Of a stretch of DNA of 64,000 nucleotides, positions 48,324-57,600 are shown in pieces; position 1 is the stretch's first letter; the number at the start of each line of letters is the position of its first letter. Where the stretch lies: IMG/VR virus record IMGVR_UViG_3300020576_005251, positions 1-64,000 of that record; one strand, written 5' to 3'. A program made the position numbers and the translations under genes. The notes beneath the pieces are model-generated. The model was not told the origin of the DNA. It saw only the letters and a program-made list of their open reading frames with translations, and ran no database searches. Source of the DNA: a virus. Taxonomy: Duplodnaviria; Caudoviricetes.

Positions 48324-49508
48324 TCACTCCTCGGTCTCGGTCTCGGTCTCGGCCCCCTCGGGAGCCTCCTCCTCGTCGACCTTCTTGAAGCCCTCGGGGA
48401 TCTCGGTGGCGCTGAACGCCATCATGATGCCCTCGCGCAGGCCCTTGAGGTACTGCGCCCGCGCGTTCGCCTTGATGAAGCGCTCGGTGTCGCCGCTCGA
48501 CTTGTAGGACTTGGCGTGCGCGGCCTTGACCTTCGCGGCGGCATCCACGTTCGAGAGGACGGTGCGGACCACACCGAGGTCGCAGGGGTCCAGGGCGACC
48601 TCGCTGAAGTCGAGGCGGCGGACGCGCGGCGTCGGCGGCGTCTCGGTCTTGTCCTTGCCCTTCTTCTGCGCCGCCTCCAGCTCCTCCTGGATGTGCTTGT
48701 TCATGTCCTCGCCCGACCACCCCTTCTCGACGGCGAGGTTGGCCATCCGGATGACGTAGTCCGGATCCGCCGCGTGCGGGCGCAGGTGCCGCGCGTGCGT
48801 CACGGTGATCGCCTCGTCCCGGTACATCGCCTGGACCGGCTCGGGGAGCGCGAACACGGCGACGTAGTGCGAGACCTTCCCGGCGCTCACGCTGGGCGAG
48901 AGCGCCGTGGCGATCTCGGCCTGGGTCTTCCCGGCGAGCGAGAAGCGGTGCACGGTGCACGAGAGGTCCCACTGGCTCTGGTTCTTCCGGGCGACGTTCT
49001 CGACGTGCGCGTCGGTCACCATCTGAGTCCAGTTCTCGTAGGACGCGAGGGTCGCCTGCATCTCGGTGAAGCCGTGGTGCAGACCGGCGCGCGTACGGCA
49101 GCGGCCGAAGCTGAGGACGTTGTAGACCTCCCCCCTCTTCAGCTTGATCATCTCGCCCGGGATCGGCGACACCGGGTACTCCCCGTCGGGGCCGATGAAG
49201 CGCATGCGCGTGAAGCGCACCGGAGACGTGATCCCCGTCTTCGTGGTCTCGAAGAGGGCGGACAGCTGCTTGTCGGTGGGCGGCTCGGCGCGCGTGTCGA
49301 AGATCGACAGGAGTGTGGAGGTCTTCACGGTCACCTGACCGGGCTCGACGGGGGTGAACTCCCAGGGGCTGAACGCGGTCGCGAAGCCCTGGTCAGACGC
49401 TTCGGCGGTGGCGCGTGATGCCTTCTTCTTCGACGCTTCGGGCGCCGCCTCGGTCTCGGCGGGCTTCTTGGTCTCGGTCTTCTTCTTGTCGTTGGTGCTC
49501 TTGGTCAT
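48324..49508 (-). CDS. parB: ParB/Spo0J-like DNA-binding protein
   Basis: FGRCRTRA (GxxRxxA CTP-binding motif), ENVARKN, and HTH TQAEIATAL...VSHYVAVFALPEPVQ...ITVTHAR. Confidence 0.75.
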   Translation of the reverse strand: MTKSTNDKKKTETKKPAETEAAPEASKKKASRATAEASDQGFATAFSPWEFTPVEPGQVTVKTSTLLSIFDTRAEPPTDKQLSALFETTKTGITSPVRFTRMRFIGPDGEYPVSPIPGEMIKLKRGEVYNVLSFGRCRTRAGLHHGFTEMQATLASYENWTQMVTDAHVENVARKNQSQWDLSCTVHRFSLAGKTQAEIATALSPSVSAGKVSHYVAVFALPEPVQAMYRDEAITVTHARHLRPHAADPDYVIRMANLAVEKGWSGEDMNKHIQEELEAAQKKGKDKTETPPTPRVRRLDFSEVALDPCDLGVVRTVLSNVDAAAKVKAAHAKSYKSSGDTERFIKANARAQYLKGLREGIMMAFSATEIPEGFKKVDEEEAPEGAETETETEE

Positions 49509-49769
49509 GATCGCGGTCCTCTTGTTGATATCCGATGGGTTGCTGCTCGCGACGTAGAATCCGCCCTAGCGCGGCAGCTATGGGTTGAACTGGCACGACG
49601 GTGACGGGGATGCGATCCACACGTCCTCCTTCTGCCAGATGGCGGTAGCAGTGATAGAAGTCCTGGGCAATCGCTGCGTCTGACGCAGGGGCTGCGACCA
49701 AAACAAAGAAGAGGTGCCCCACGAGCTGCCGGTGCAGCTCGGCGTCGGCGAAGACGTACTCCCCACGAA

Positions 49770-49958
49770 TCAGCGCTCGAAAGGCGCTGTCCCGCAGTTC
49801 GGGCATCTCCGCAGACTGGACTCGGGGCTTGGGGGCGGCACGGGACTTTGGCATTGGGGGCACGAGGTAGGTTGTGCCACGACTCCAATACGGCGTAAAG
49901 TCTTCGGTGCGGGCTCTTCTACCAGATCTTCGTCTGTTTTTACGCCGTACTTATCCAC
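49770..49958 (-). CDS. Small Zn-ribbon protein
   Basis: CPQC...CPNCG. Confidence 0.55.
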   Translation of the reverse strand: MDKYGVKTDEDLVEEPAPKTLRRIGVVAQPTSCPQCQSPVPPPSPESSLRRCPNCGTAPFER

Positions 49959-50313
49959 GGGGCTTGATCCCCCAGGCTTCGATGCCCGACACCGGCTGCG
50001 GGGCGTCCGGGTCGAACGGGCGCGATGAGTGCGGCTGCGGACGCTGAGGGAGCGGGATCAGGTCGTCGGAGCTCCGTGGGTGGGCACGCTTGGGTTCGGG
50101 CAGTTCGGAGGGCGTCTTGACGACGATCGGCGTCTCGGTGATGCGAGGCACCTCGACGATGGGCGTTTCGCTGAGCGACACGCTGACCTCGACGATCGGG
50201 ATGGGGTCGTGGGCGATGCCCTCCGGCGCGATCTGCCCGGGGAACCGCTTGCGCAGATCCAGCCCGATCAGCTTCGCGATGTCTTCCCCTGAGTACTCGA
50301 TCTTCATCTTCAT
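49951..50313 (-). CDS. Hypothetical Pro-rich protein
   Basis: Coupled to the SNF2 gene stop (ATGA). Confidence 0.5.
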   Translation of the reverse strand: MKMKIEYSGEDIAKLIGLDLRKRFPGQIAPEGIAHDPIPIVEVSVSLSETPIVEVPRITETPIVVKTPSELPEPKRAHPRSSDDLIPLPQRPQPHSSRPFDPDAPQPVSGIEAWGIKPRG

Positions 50314-52286
50314 ACTTCTTCCACCTTCGCAATGGGTTTGGTGACTGAGGCCGCGTACTTGCAGCCCTTCCCGAATGGGACGATCTGTTCGTCATAGCAC
50401 GTGTCGATGCGGTCGCACGAGGTGCACGCGATCGCATCCGACATGGTGAGGCCGACGCTCCGCTTGAACCGGAACGACGCCTCGACAAAGCGGTCGGCAA
50501 CGACGCCGCTCTTCCTGGAGCTGAGCAGTCGGTAGACCGTCATCTTGCGCAACTGTCCCGGGCGGTTGTTCCGCTCCAAGGCTTGATCGTACTGGAGCGG
50601 CTTCCAGGGCAGAGAGTACACCATCGTGTAGTTCGCCTGCTGAAGATTGATGCCCACCGCAGCGCTGATGATGCCGATCAGCACGCGGCACTCCGGGTCT
50701 TCTCGGATCGCGGCTTCGATCAGTCCGGTCTTCCCAGATGTCGAGCCGTCGAGTCGAACGGTCTTGACACCCATGGACTTTGCGACGCGCTCCATGTCGT
50801 CGAGCTCGGGCCCGAAACACCCCCAGCACAGGACTTTATTGGTCGGGTCTTCCTGAAGGATCGTGCGCAAGAGATCCTCGAACACCTCCAGCTTGGGGTT
50901 CTCCACGTCCCGAATCGCCTTTGGCTTGATCGCCTTGGGGAACGGAACGCACTTCTTGGTGTACGGCTTGATGTCCTCTTCGACGCAGTGCTGCATGCGC
51001 GGACACGCATCGCACACCATCGTGTCCGCCTTGTCGTACATGAACCCCGACACCAGCTGCAACAGCTTGTTGACCCGGGCGGCGCCGTGGGGGACCTGGA
51101 AGAGCGGGTCGAGATCCGACCCCATACGCTCTTCGACGGGTTGCAGATACTGACCATCCGGGGTGATGGACGCGCGCATCGTCGCGACGAGTTCGTTGTA
51201 GCGTGCCCGCTGGTTTCGTCCCAGATCGTACGTGACATCCACGATCACCTGCTCGGGCAGATCCAGGCAATCTTTCTTCTTCATCCGGGTGACGACCGAG
51301 TCAACGACCGCGTTGATCTCCTGGAGGTTCTGGTAGCCGACCAGCACTTTGCGGGTGCCGCGCGCATTGAACACGTAGTAGCGCTCCTGAAACTTCGTCC
51401 AGGAGTAGGGCAGGAGCCAGGAGGCGAGAAACTTGATCTGCGCGTAGATCTTCCCCGGCGTCTCGCCGGGAGTGCCGGTGAGAGCAATACGCCGTACGGC
51501 GCGCGAGGCGAGCTCGAAAACTGCCGTCGTCGGCTTGCTCTCCGGGTTGCCCAGGACGTGGGACTCGTCCACGATGATCGTGTCGTAGTCCAGTTCGAGC
51601 AGGCGACTGCGCTCAGGGGCGTGGATAACATCGACGCCGATAAGCGGATCTCCTACCTCGAACTGCGCCTCCAGCTGACAGCGCGTGTACGTCGCGAGGA
51701 CGATGTCGGCCGTCTTCGCCGCCTCACACGCTTCGTCGGAGCCGTCCCATCTCACGACCTTCCACTGGTTGCGTGTCGCGCGGAGCGCTTCGCGGGCCCA
51801 GCCGTCCATGACCACAGGCGGACCGATCACGAGAGCACGCTTGAAGTGGCCATCGTGCCGCAAGACGCGCAGCCCGTCGATGGCGGTGCGCGTCTTGCCC
51901 GTGCCCATGTCCCACTGGAACCAGCATCGGGGCCAGTGTCGGATTCGTGCGATGCCCGCACGCTGGTAGCTGTACGGAGGGAAGTCCGACGAGAAGAAGT
52001 CGGGAGGCAAGTCCGCGAGGTCCGATGATGCCGGGTCCTCCCACTTGGTGGCTTCCGTCTGTAGATTCCGCTCGTGAGCCTGTGCGGCGGCGTCCTGGTG
52101 CAATACGCCGTATACGACGCGGAGGTCGCGCAGGACGCGCAACCCAAAAGGGTAGTACGCCGGGAACACCCACGCGTTGAGCTCGGGGATGTAGGTGCCG
52201 TGGCTCACGCGCTTGGTGCCGTCCTGAGGCTCGCCGCGCACCACGAACGCGGCGGCGCCTTGAATCATTGTGCCACTTACGATCAT
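50310..52286 (-). CDS. SNF2-family helicase/ATPase
   Basis: YQ Q-motif, DMGTGKT, VDESH, LTGTP, GINLQ and QALERNNRPGQ; ATG 52286 has an AGGA SD. Confidence 0.9.
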   Translation of the reverse strand: MIVSGTMIQGAAAFVVRGEPQDGTKRVSHGTYIPELNAWVFPAYYPFGLRVLRDLRVVYGVLHQDAAAQAHERNLQTEATKWEDPASSDLADLPPDFFSSDFPPYSYQRAGIARIRHWPRCWFQWDMGTGKTRTAIDGLRVLRHDGHFKRALVIGPPVVMDGWAREALRATRNQWKVVRWDGSDEACEAAKTADIVLATYTRCQLEAQFEVGDPLIGVDVIHAPERSRLLELDYDTIIVDESHVLGNPESKPTTAVFELASRAVRRIALTGTPGETPGKIYAQIKFLASWLLPYSWTKFQERYYVFNARGTRKVLVGYQNLQEINAVVDSVVTRMKKKDCLDLPEQVIVDVTYDLGRNQRARYNELVATMRASITPDGQYLQPVEERMGSDLDPLFQVPHGAARVNKLLQLVSGFMYDKADTMVCDACPRMQHCVEEDIKPYTKKCVPFPKAIKPKAIRDVENPKLEVFEDLLRTILQEDPTNKVLCWGCFGPELDDMERVAKSMGVKTVRLDGSTSGKTGLIEAAIREDPECRVLIGIISAAVGINLQQANYTMVYSLPWKPLQYDQALERNNRPGQLRKMTVYRLLSSRKSGVVADRFVEASFRFKRSVGLTMSDAIACTSCDRIDTCYDEQIVPFGKGCKYAASVTKPIAKVEEV

Positions 52287-52303
52287 GTGCCTATCCTTCC
52301 CTG

Positions 52304-54001
52304 GTGTACGACGAATCATTCATGAGTTTTGGCGGGCCTCGGGGGAACACACACCCGAACCCGATGTACGACTACTTCACGGCGCTGACCCCCAGGCGCC
52401 TGAAGGAGCTCTTCAAGCTCGCGCAGTTCGTCGGCATCAACAGCGCCCACATCTACGGAGTCCTGCGCAAGTTCGGTGAGATCCCGATCACGCGCTTGGT
52501 GTTCGAGACCGTCGTCGAGACCGAGCTCAAGCAGCACGAGAAGCTCTTCAACGAGCAGCTTCGGCTGTGCGGCTTTCTGACGATGGCCTCGTTCGACCTC
52601 CAGCTGACCGGGAACTCCATCGTCACGATGTACGAACCGATTCAGCGTGACCTGATCTGCACTCGATGCCACACGCCAGAGAACATCGAGGCGGCGGACT
52701 ACTCGTTCAACCTCGACAAGACCGAGTTCCGTCACGACTGCCGCAAGTGCGGGGTGACGCGAGTCCTGTCGAAAGTGAAGGACACACAGCTCAAGGACTC
52801 CTCCAAGATCCGGCTGCTGCGGCTCGATCCTCTGCTCGTGGACATCGACCAGAACCGTACCACAGGGGAGACCGAGTACTACTACCAGATCCCGCGCGCC
52901 GATGTGGTCAAGGTGCGTGCAGGCGTCAAGCTCCACATCAATCACACGCCGATCGAAGTCCTCCAGGCCATGCGCAACGGCAAGGTCATCAAGCTGGACC
53001 CGTCGAACGTGTATCACATGCGTAAGCCTGCGCCTGCGGGGCTGGATGGCCAGTGGGGTCTCCCGCCGCTCGTGGCGGCAATCAAGCTGTTCATGTTCGC
53101 GGCAACTCTGCGGCGTGCGAACGAGGCGATCGCGCTGGAGTACATCACTCCCTTCCGCGTGATTCACCCCATGGCGGCGAGCGGTCAGGGCGACCCGATA
53201 ACGACTCTGAACCTGGGGCGTTGGAAGGATGAGATCCAGGAGAACATGCGGATGCACCGGAGAGATCCGCTGCGCGCGATGTTCGCCCCCATCCCCATCG
53301 GCGTGCAGAACATCGGCGGCGACGGGCGTACTCTCCTGACACTCGGCGAGCTACAAGAGGCCGAGAAGTCAATCATCCTCTCGCTGGGCGTTCCCTATGA
53401 GTTCGCGGTGGGCGGCATGGGGCGGCGCAGCGGCGAGGTCGATCTGCGGATGATCGAGAACCAGCTCCGCACGCACACCGAAGACCTCAACGGTCTGGTG
53501 GCGTGGGTCGAGCGACGTGCGACCACGTTCCTCGGCTGGAAGAGCGTTCCGACCAAGCTCGTGGAGTTCAAGCTCCTCGACGATCTGACCAACAAGCAGC
53601 TGCTCATCCAGCTCTGGCAGGCCGGATCGGTGAGCAAGACGACGGTCTCTCAGTCGGTGGACGTGGACCTCGCGCATGAGCGTGAACTCATCAAGCAGGA
53701 GACGCTGAGCGACGCACGCTCGCGCGCTGAGACGGAGATCTTGATCGCCAAGGAGCAGTCGTCGCTCTCCGCATCCGCGCAGCGCAAGGCGTTGATGGGT
53801 GGCGGCGGTACGGCGTACGATCAACAGCAGGTGTTCAGCATGAACGCCCCGCTGGCGCAAGAACTGGCTGCGCTGGATCCGAGTTCGCGAAAGAGTCGTT
53901 TGATCGCCCTGGAAAAGGAAGACCGGGTTGCTTACGCGGTCGTGATGGTAATCTTGGCGGATCTGGAGCGCGGAGGCGCCCAGCAAGGAGCGCCCGTATG
54001 A
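52304..54001 (+). CDS. Probable portal protein with Zn-finger insert
   Basis: About 565 aa; VYHMR...WGLPPL...RANEAIA portal-like segment and CTRC/CRKC; in-frame GTG 52304 lies 6 nt after TATCCT. Confidence 0.6.
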   Translation: MYDESFMSFGGPRGNTHPNPMYDYFTALTPRRLKELFKLAQFVGINSAHIYGVLRKFGEIPITRLVFETVVETELKQHEKLFNEQLRLCGFLTMASFDLQLTGNSIVTMYEPIQRDLICTRCHTPENIEAADYSFNLDKTEFRHDCRKCGVTRVLSKVKDTQLKDSSKIRLLRLDPLLVDIDQNRTTGETEYYYQIPRADVVKVRAGVKLHINHTPIEVLQAMRNGKVIKLDPSNVYHMRKPAPAGLDGQWGLPPLVAAIKLFMFAATLRRANEAIALEYITPFRVIHPMAASGQGDPITTLNLGRWKDEIQENMRMHRRDPLRAMFAPIPIGVQNIGGDGRTLLTLGELQEAEKSIILSLGVPYEFAVGGMGRRSGEVDLRMIENQLRTHTEDLNGLVAWVERRATTFLGWKSVPTKLVEFKLLDDLTNKQLLIQLWQAGSVSKTTVSQSVDVDLAHERELIKQETLSDARSRAETEILIAKEQSSLSASAQRKALMGGGGTAYDQQQVFSMNAPLAQELAALDPSSRKSRLIALEKEDRVAYAVVMVILADLERGGAQQGAPV

Positions 54002-54405
54002 GCACCACAGACCCGTACAAGAAAGCCTTCGGTACCCAGGCCCGGAGCTATGAAGAGGACCAACCCGGAGCGCCGCGCGGACCGATGGGTCCGCAGGCTC
54101 CCATGCGCCCGCTGTCCGCGCACATGGAAGTCTTCGTCATCTACCGCCCGCTGATGACCTGCGTGTTCTGCAAGCGGCGGCTCTTCAGCAGCGAAGATGA
54201 AGACGAGAAACGTGAAACGACAGACCTGATTCCCGACAACAACGAGGAGTACATCTGCCCGCACACGCGTCTGAAGGATCTTCAGCGCTTGATGGCGCGG
54301 GCCAGTGCAGGAGAGGTCGTGATCGGGACGAGCGTTCCGAACACGCTGGTGAACGGAGTCACGCAGGTTCTGGTCTCCTGGGTGGTCTTATCCCCAAAGA
54401 GATGA
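53998..54405 (+). CDS. Hypothetical protein (CxxC...CPH)
   Basis: ATGA-coupled to the portal gene. Confidence 0.6.
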   Translation: MSTTDPYKKAFGTQARSYEEDQPGAPRGPMGPQAPMRPLSAHMEVFVIYRPLMTCVFCKRRLFSSEDEDEKRETTDLIPDNNEEYICPHTRLKDLQRLMARASAGEVVIGTSVPNTLVNGVTQVLVSWVVLSPKR

Positions 54406-54413
54406 TGTCGCGA

Positions 54414-54440
54414 AGGCCCCCGGGGTTTCCCCAGGGGCCT
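54414..54440. terminator. GC-rich hairpin after 53998..54405
   Basis: AGGCCCC-C-GGGG-ttt-CCCC-A-GGGGCCT; no long U-tract on either strand. Confidence 0.5.
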
Positions 54441-54610
54441 CCACAACTCGAAGCCGTCATTCTCCCGGTGCTCTAGCGCCCCACGCCTGGGGCGTCGCTC
54501 AGAGCAGTACGATCAGGAACTTGAACACAGAGACGATGGTCACTACGTACCTCTGCGGAGGGGAAACTGTCCGCATTGTCTTCTACCCGAATACGCCGTA
54601 AACTTCTGGG

Positions 54611-57600
54611 GTGTCAGAACCCACGCCTATCTTGACCGACGCCAGCGTGATCCGTCAGCGCATGCACGAGAAGTCGATCTCGGCGATCGCGTCGACCTTC
54701 CCGCTCACGCTCCGCAACGGGACGCTGGAGGTGCAAGACCTCAAGGTCGTCACGCGGCAGTTCAGCCCGATCGACCAGTACAACGCGCTGATGCGCGAAG
54801 GCACCCTTCAGGAAGCGGTGAAGGGCACCCTCGTCCTCAAGGACAAGGAGGGCAAGGTCGTCGACACGGCGAAGAACTTCACCCTCGTACACGTGCCCCA
54901 TCTGACCGAGCGTCACACGTTGATCATGGGCGGCAACGAGTATCAAGTCGCCAACCAGCTTCGGCGCAAGCCGGGCGTGTACACGGCGCGCGCCGACAAC
55001 GGCGAGCTGCGGGCGATCTTCAACCTGGGGCGCGGCAGCAACTTCAACCTGGGCTTCACACCCGACAAGGGCACCTTCCACGTCCAGCTGGGGACCTCCA
55101 ACATCCCGCTCTACCCCGTGCTCCGCGCGGCGGGCGTCAGCCACGAGACCATCGCCCACCACCTCGGCGACGCGGTGGCCAAGGCCAACCAGACCTACCA
55201 CGGCAAGGAGGAGGAACGCGCGACCGGGAAGCTCTACGCGAAGCTGGAGCACCCCGCGCTGTTCAACGCGAACCTCCCGCACGCGGAGAAGGTGGAGGCG
55301 ATCCGCAAGAAGTGGGACGTGACCACGCTCGACCCCCACGTGACGGAGGCGACTCTCGGTACGGCGTATTCAAAAGTCACCCCCGAGGCGCTGCTGACGG
55401 CGGCACGGAAGGTGCTCGATGTCCACGGCGGTCACAAGGCCACCGATGACACCGACGCGTTGACCTACAAGACCTTCCACTCGCTGGACGACTTTCTGCA
55501 CGAACGGATCAAGCTCACCGCGCGCGCCTGGGTGCCGAAGGCGAAGCTCGCCCTCGCGACCAAGGGCACGATTCACGAGGCGTTGCGCCCTGCGCCCTTC
55601 TCGGATGGCGTGCGAAAGTTCATCACGACCGGCTCGCTGGCGGCGGTGCCGACTGCGATCAACCCGCTCGAACTGATCGATCACGCGGTGAAGGTGACGA
55701 GCCTTGGAGAGGGTGGAATCCCCTCGGATCGAGCCATTCCGCTTGACGCGCGCATGATCCACAACACGCACTTCGGAGCACTGGATCCGATCCGTACGCC
55801 TGAGTGTTTTCCGCCTGACGTCGAAGTCTGCACTCAACGGGGGTGGGCGCGTTGGGACGATGTGAGTGACTCGGACGCGTTCCTGACGATGGCGGGGGAC
55901 CTCCGCGTATTCCAGCTCCCTGAGCGTATCGTGCGTGAGCCCTACGAAGGGCTCATGTGTCACATGACAGGTGAGCATATCGACTGCGTGGTCACACCGA
56001 ACCACCGTGTATACGGGCGTGCGACCGAGCTTGCAGATGACGCCTTCGTGCAAGCGTGGGAACTTCAGGGCGCGACCCAGTGGTACTTCCCTACGGAGGA
56101 CCCGAACTTCGACTCCGTGTATGAGAGCGCACTCAGCACCTCAGTACAGCCCTATCGCGGCATGGTCTACTGCGCGACCGTCCCTGGGGGGCTCCTCTAT
56201 GTCCGCCGAAACGGTTGTACGCCGTATTGGACCGGCAACTCCAGTCACTCCGGAGTGGACATTCGCGCCACCATCGCCGCCCACCGCGACGAGGCTGGCA
56301 ACCTCTACACCGTCGCCACGAACGTGAAGACGAAGCGTGAGGAGTTCCTGCGCGCCGGAGACCTGCGGAAGTACGTGGTGGCGTTCCCCGGCGAAGAGCT
56401 CAAGGGGACGGTCGACGCCTTCAAGAACGGGCGTGTCGAGCGCGTGCCTGCGAGCACGGTGACGCACCAAATCGCTCACACCTCGCACCTCTATTCCCCT
56501 GCGACCACACTCCTGCCGCTGATCCACGGCATGCAGGGCAACCGCGCGATCATGGCGTCGAAGATGGGCACCCAGGCGTTGCCGCTCATCGAGCGGGAAG
56601 CCCCCTTCGTGCAGTCGAAGAGCCACCTGCCGGGTGAGATCAGCTTCGAGGCGATGTACGGGCACATGATCGCGCCGAGGGCGCCGGTCAGTGGGAAGGT
56701 GGTGAAGATCGAGGATGGGTGGATTCACATTCGGCCGGAGGGGGTGAAGAAGGCGACACACGCGGATGTGCGACACATCTTCGTCACGGGTCATTCGGGC
56801 TCCGGGAAGTCGACCTACGCCAAGAGTCTGTCGTCTGAAACGGGACTACCCGTTCACCGGCTCGACGACGCCCCCGGGCTGTTGGCCGCGCGCAAGTTGG
56901 GGGACACACCAACCGCAGAACGCCTGTCGCGCGAGGCGGTCGACCGTAGTTTGACGCTGTCGGTACCGCACATCATCGAAGGCACGTCCGCGTTGTTGAC
57001 GCCGGATCGTATGGCAGGGCACCGCGTTGTCTTGATGGACGCCCCGCGCGAGCACATTCTCAACGCGAGACTCCAGCGCGAAGTGGCGCAGGCGGCATCA
57101 CGCGGGGTTCCCGAGGATGTGGGGCGGCGCCAAGCACACGGAGCCGGTCTGTACGACTACTACGCACCACACGTTGATGCCGTGCGGCGTCTGTCGAACG
57201 TCGAAGTTCGAGCGCCGGGGTATGTGCCTACCGCTAAAGAGGCGGCTGAGTTCGTGGCGTATGTCGAAAAGACCGCCGAAGACCGCCCCACCGTCAAGGT
57301 TCGCTCTTTCGGCCCGTTCACGTTCCACGTCGAGATCCCCAAGGGCGCCAAGCCCTTCGGCCACCCGTTCCCCTGCGACTACGGCTACCTCCCGGGGTAC
57401 GTCGGTCCCGACGGCGACTCCCTCGACTTCTGGGTGGGGTCGGACAAAGACGGCGCGTTCGTTTCCGTCGACACCGAGGAGCAGAACGCGAAGGGTGTGT
57501 GGGTCAAGCGGGACACGAAGTACGTCGTCGGGGTGCCAAGCAATGAGGTGCATCTCGTCCTCACGCAGATCGAGCGCAAGCCCAAGACCCGGTGCGTCAA

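Noticed and set aside
49393-49863. Possible small gene between parB and the Zn-ribbon ORF
   Set aside because: Several overlapping candidate frames, no clear start and a large overlap with parB; I could not choose one.
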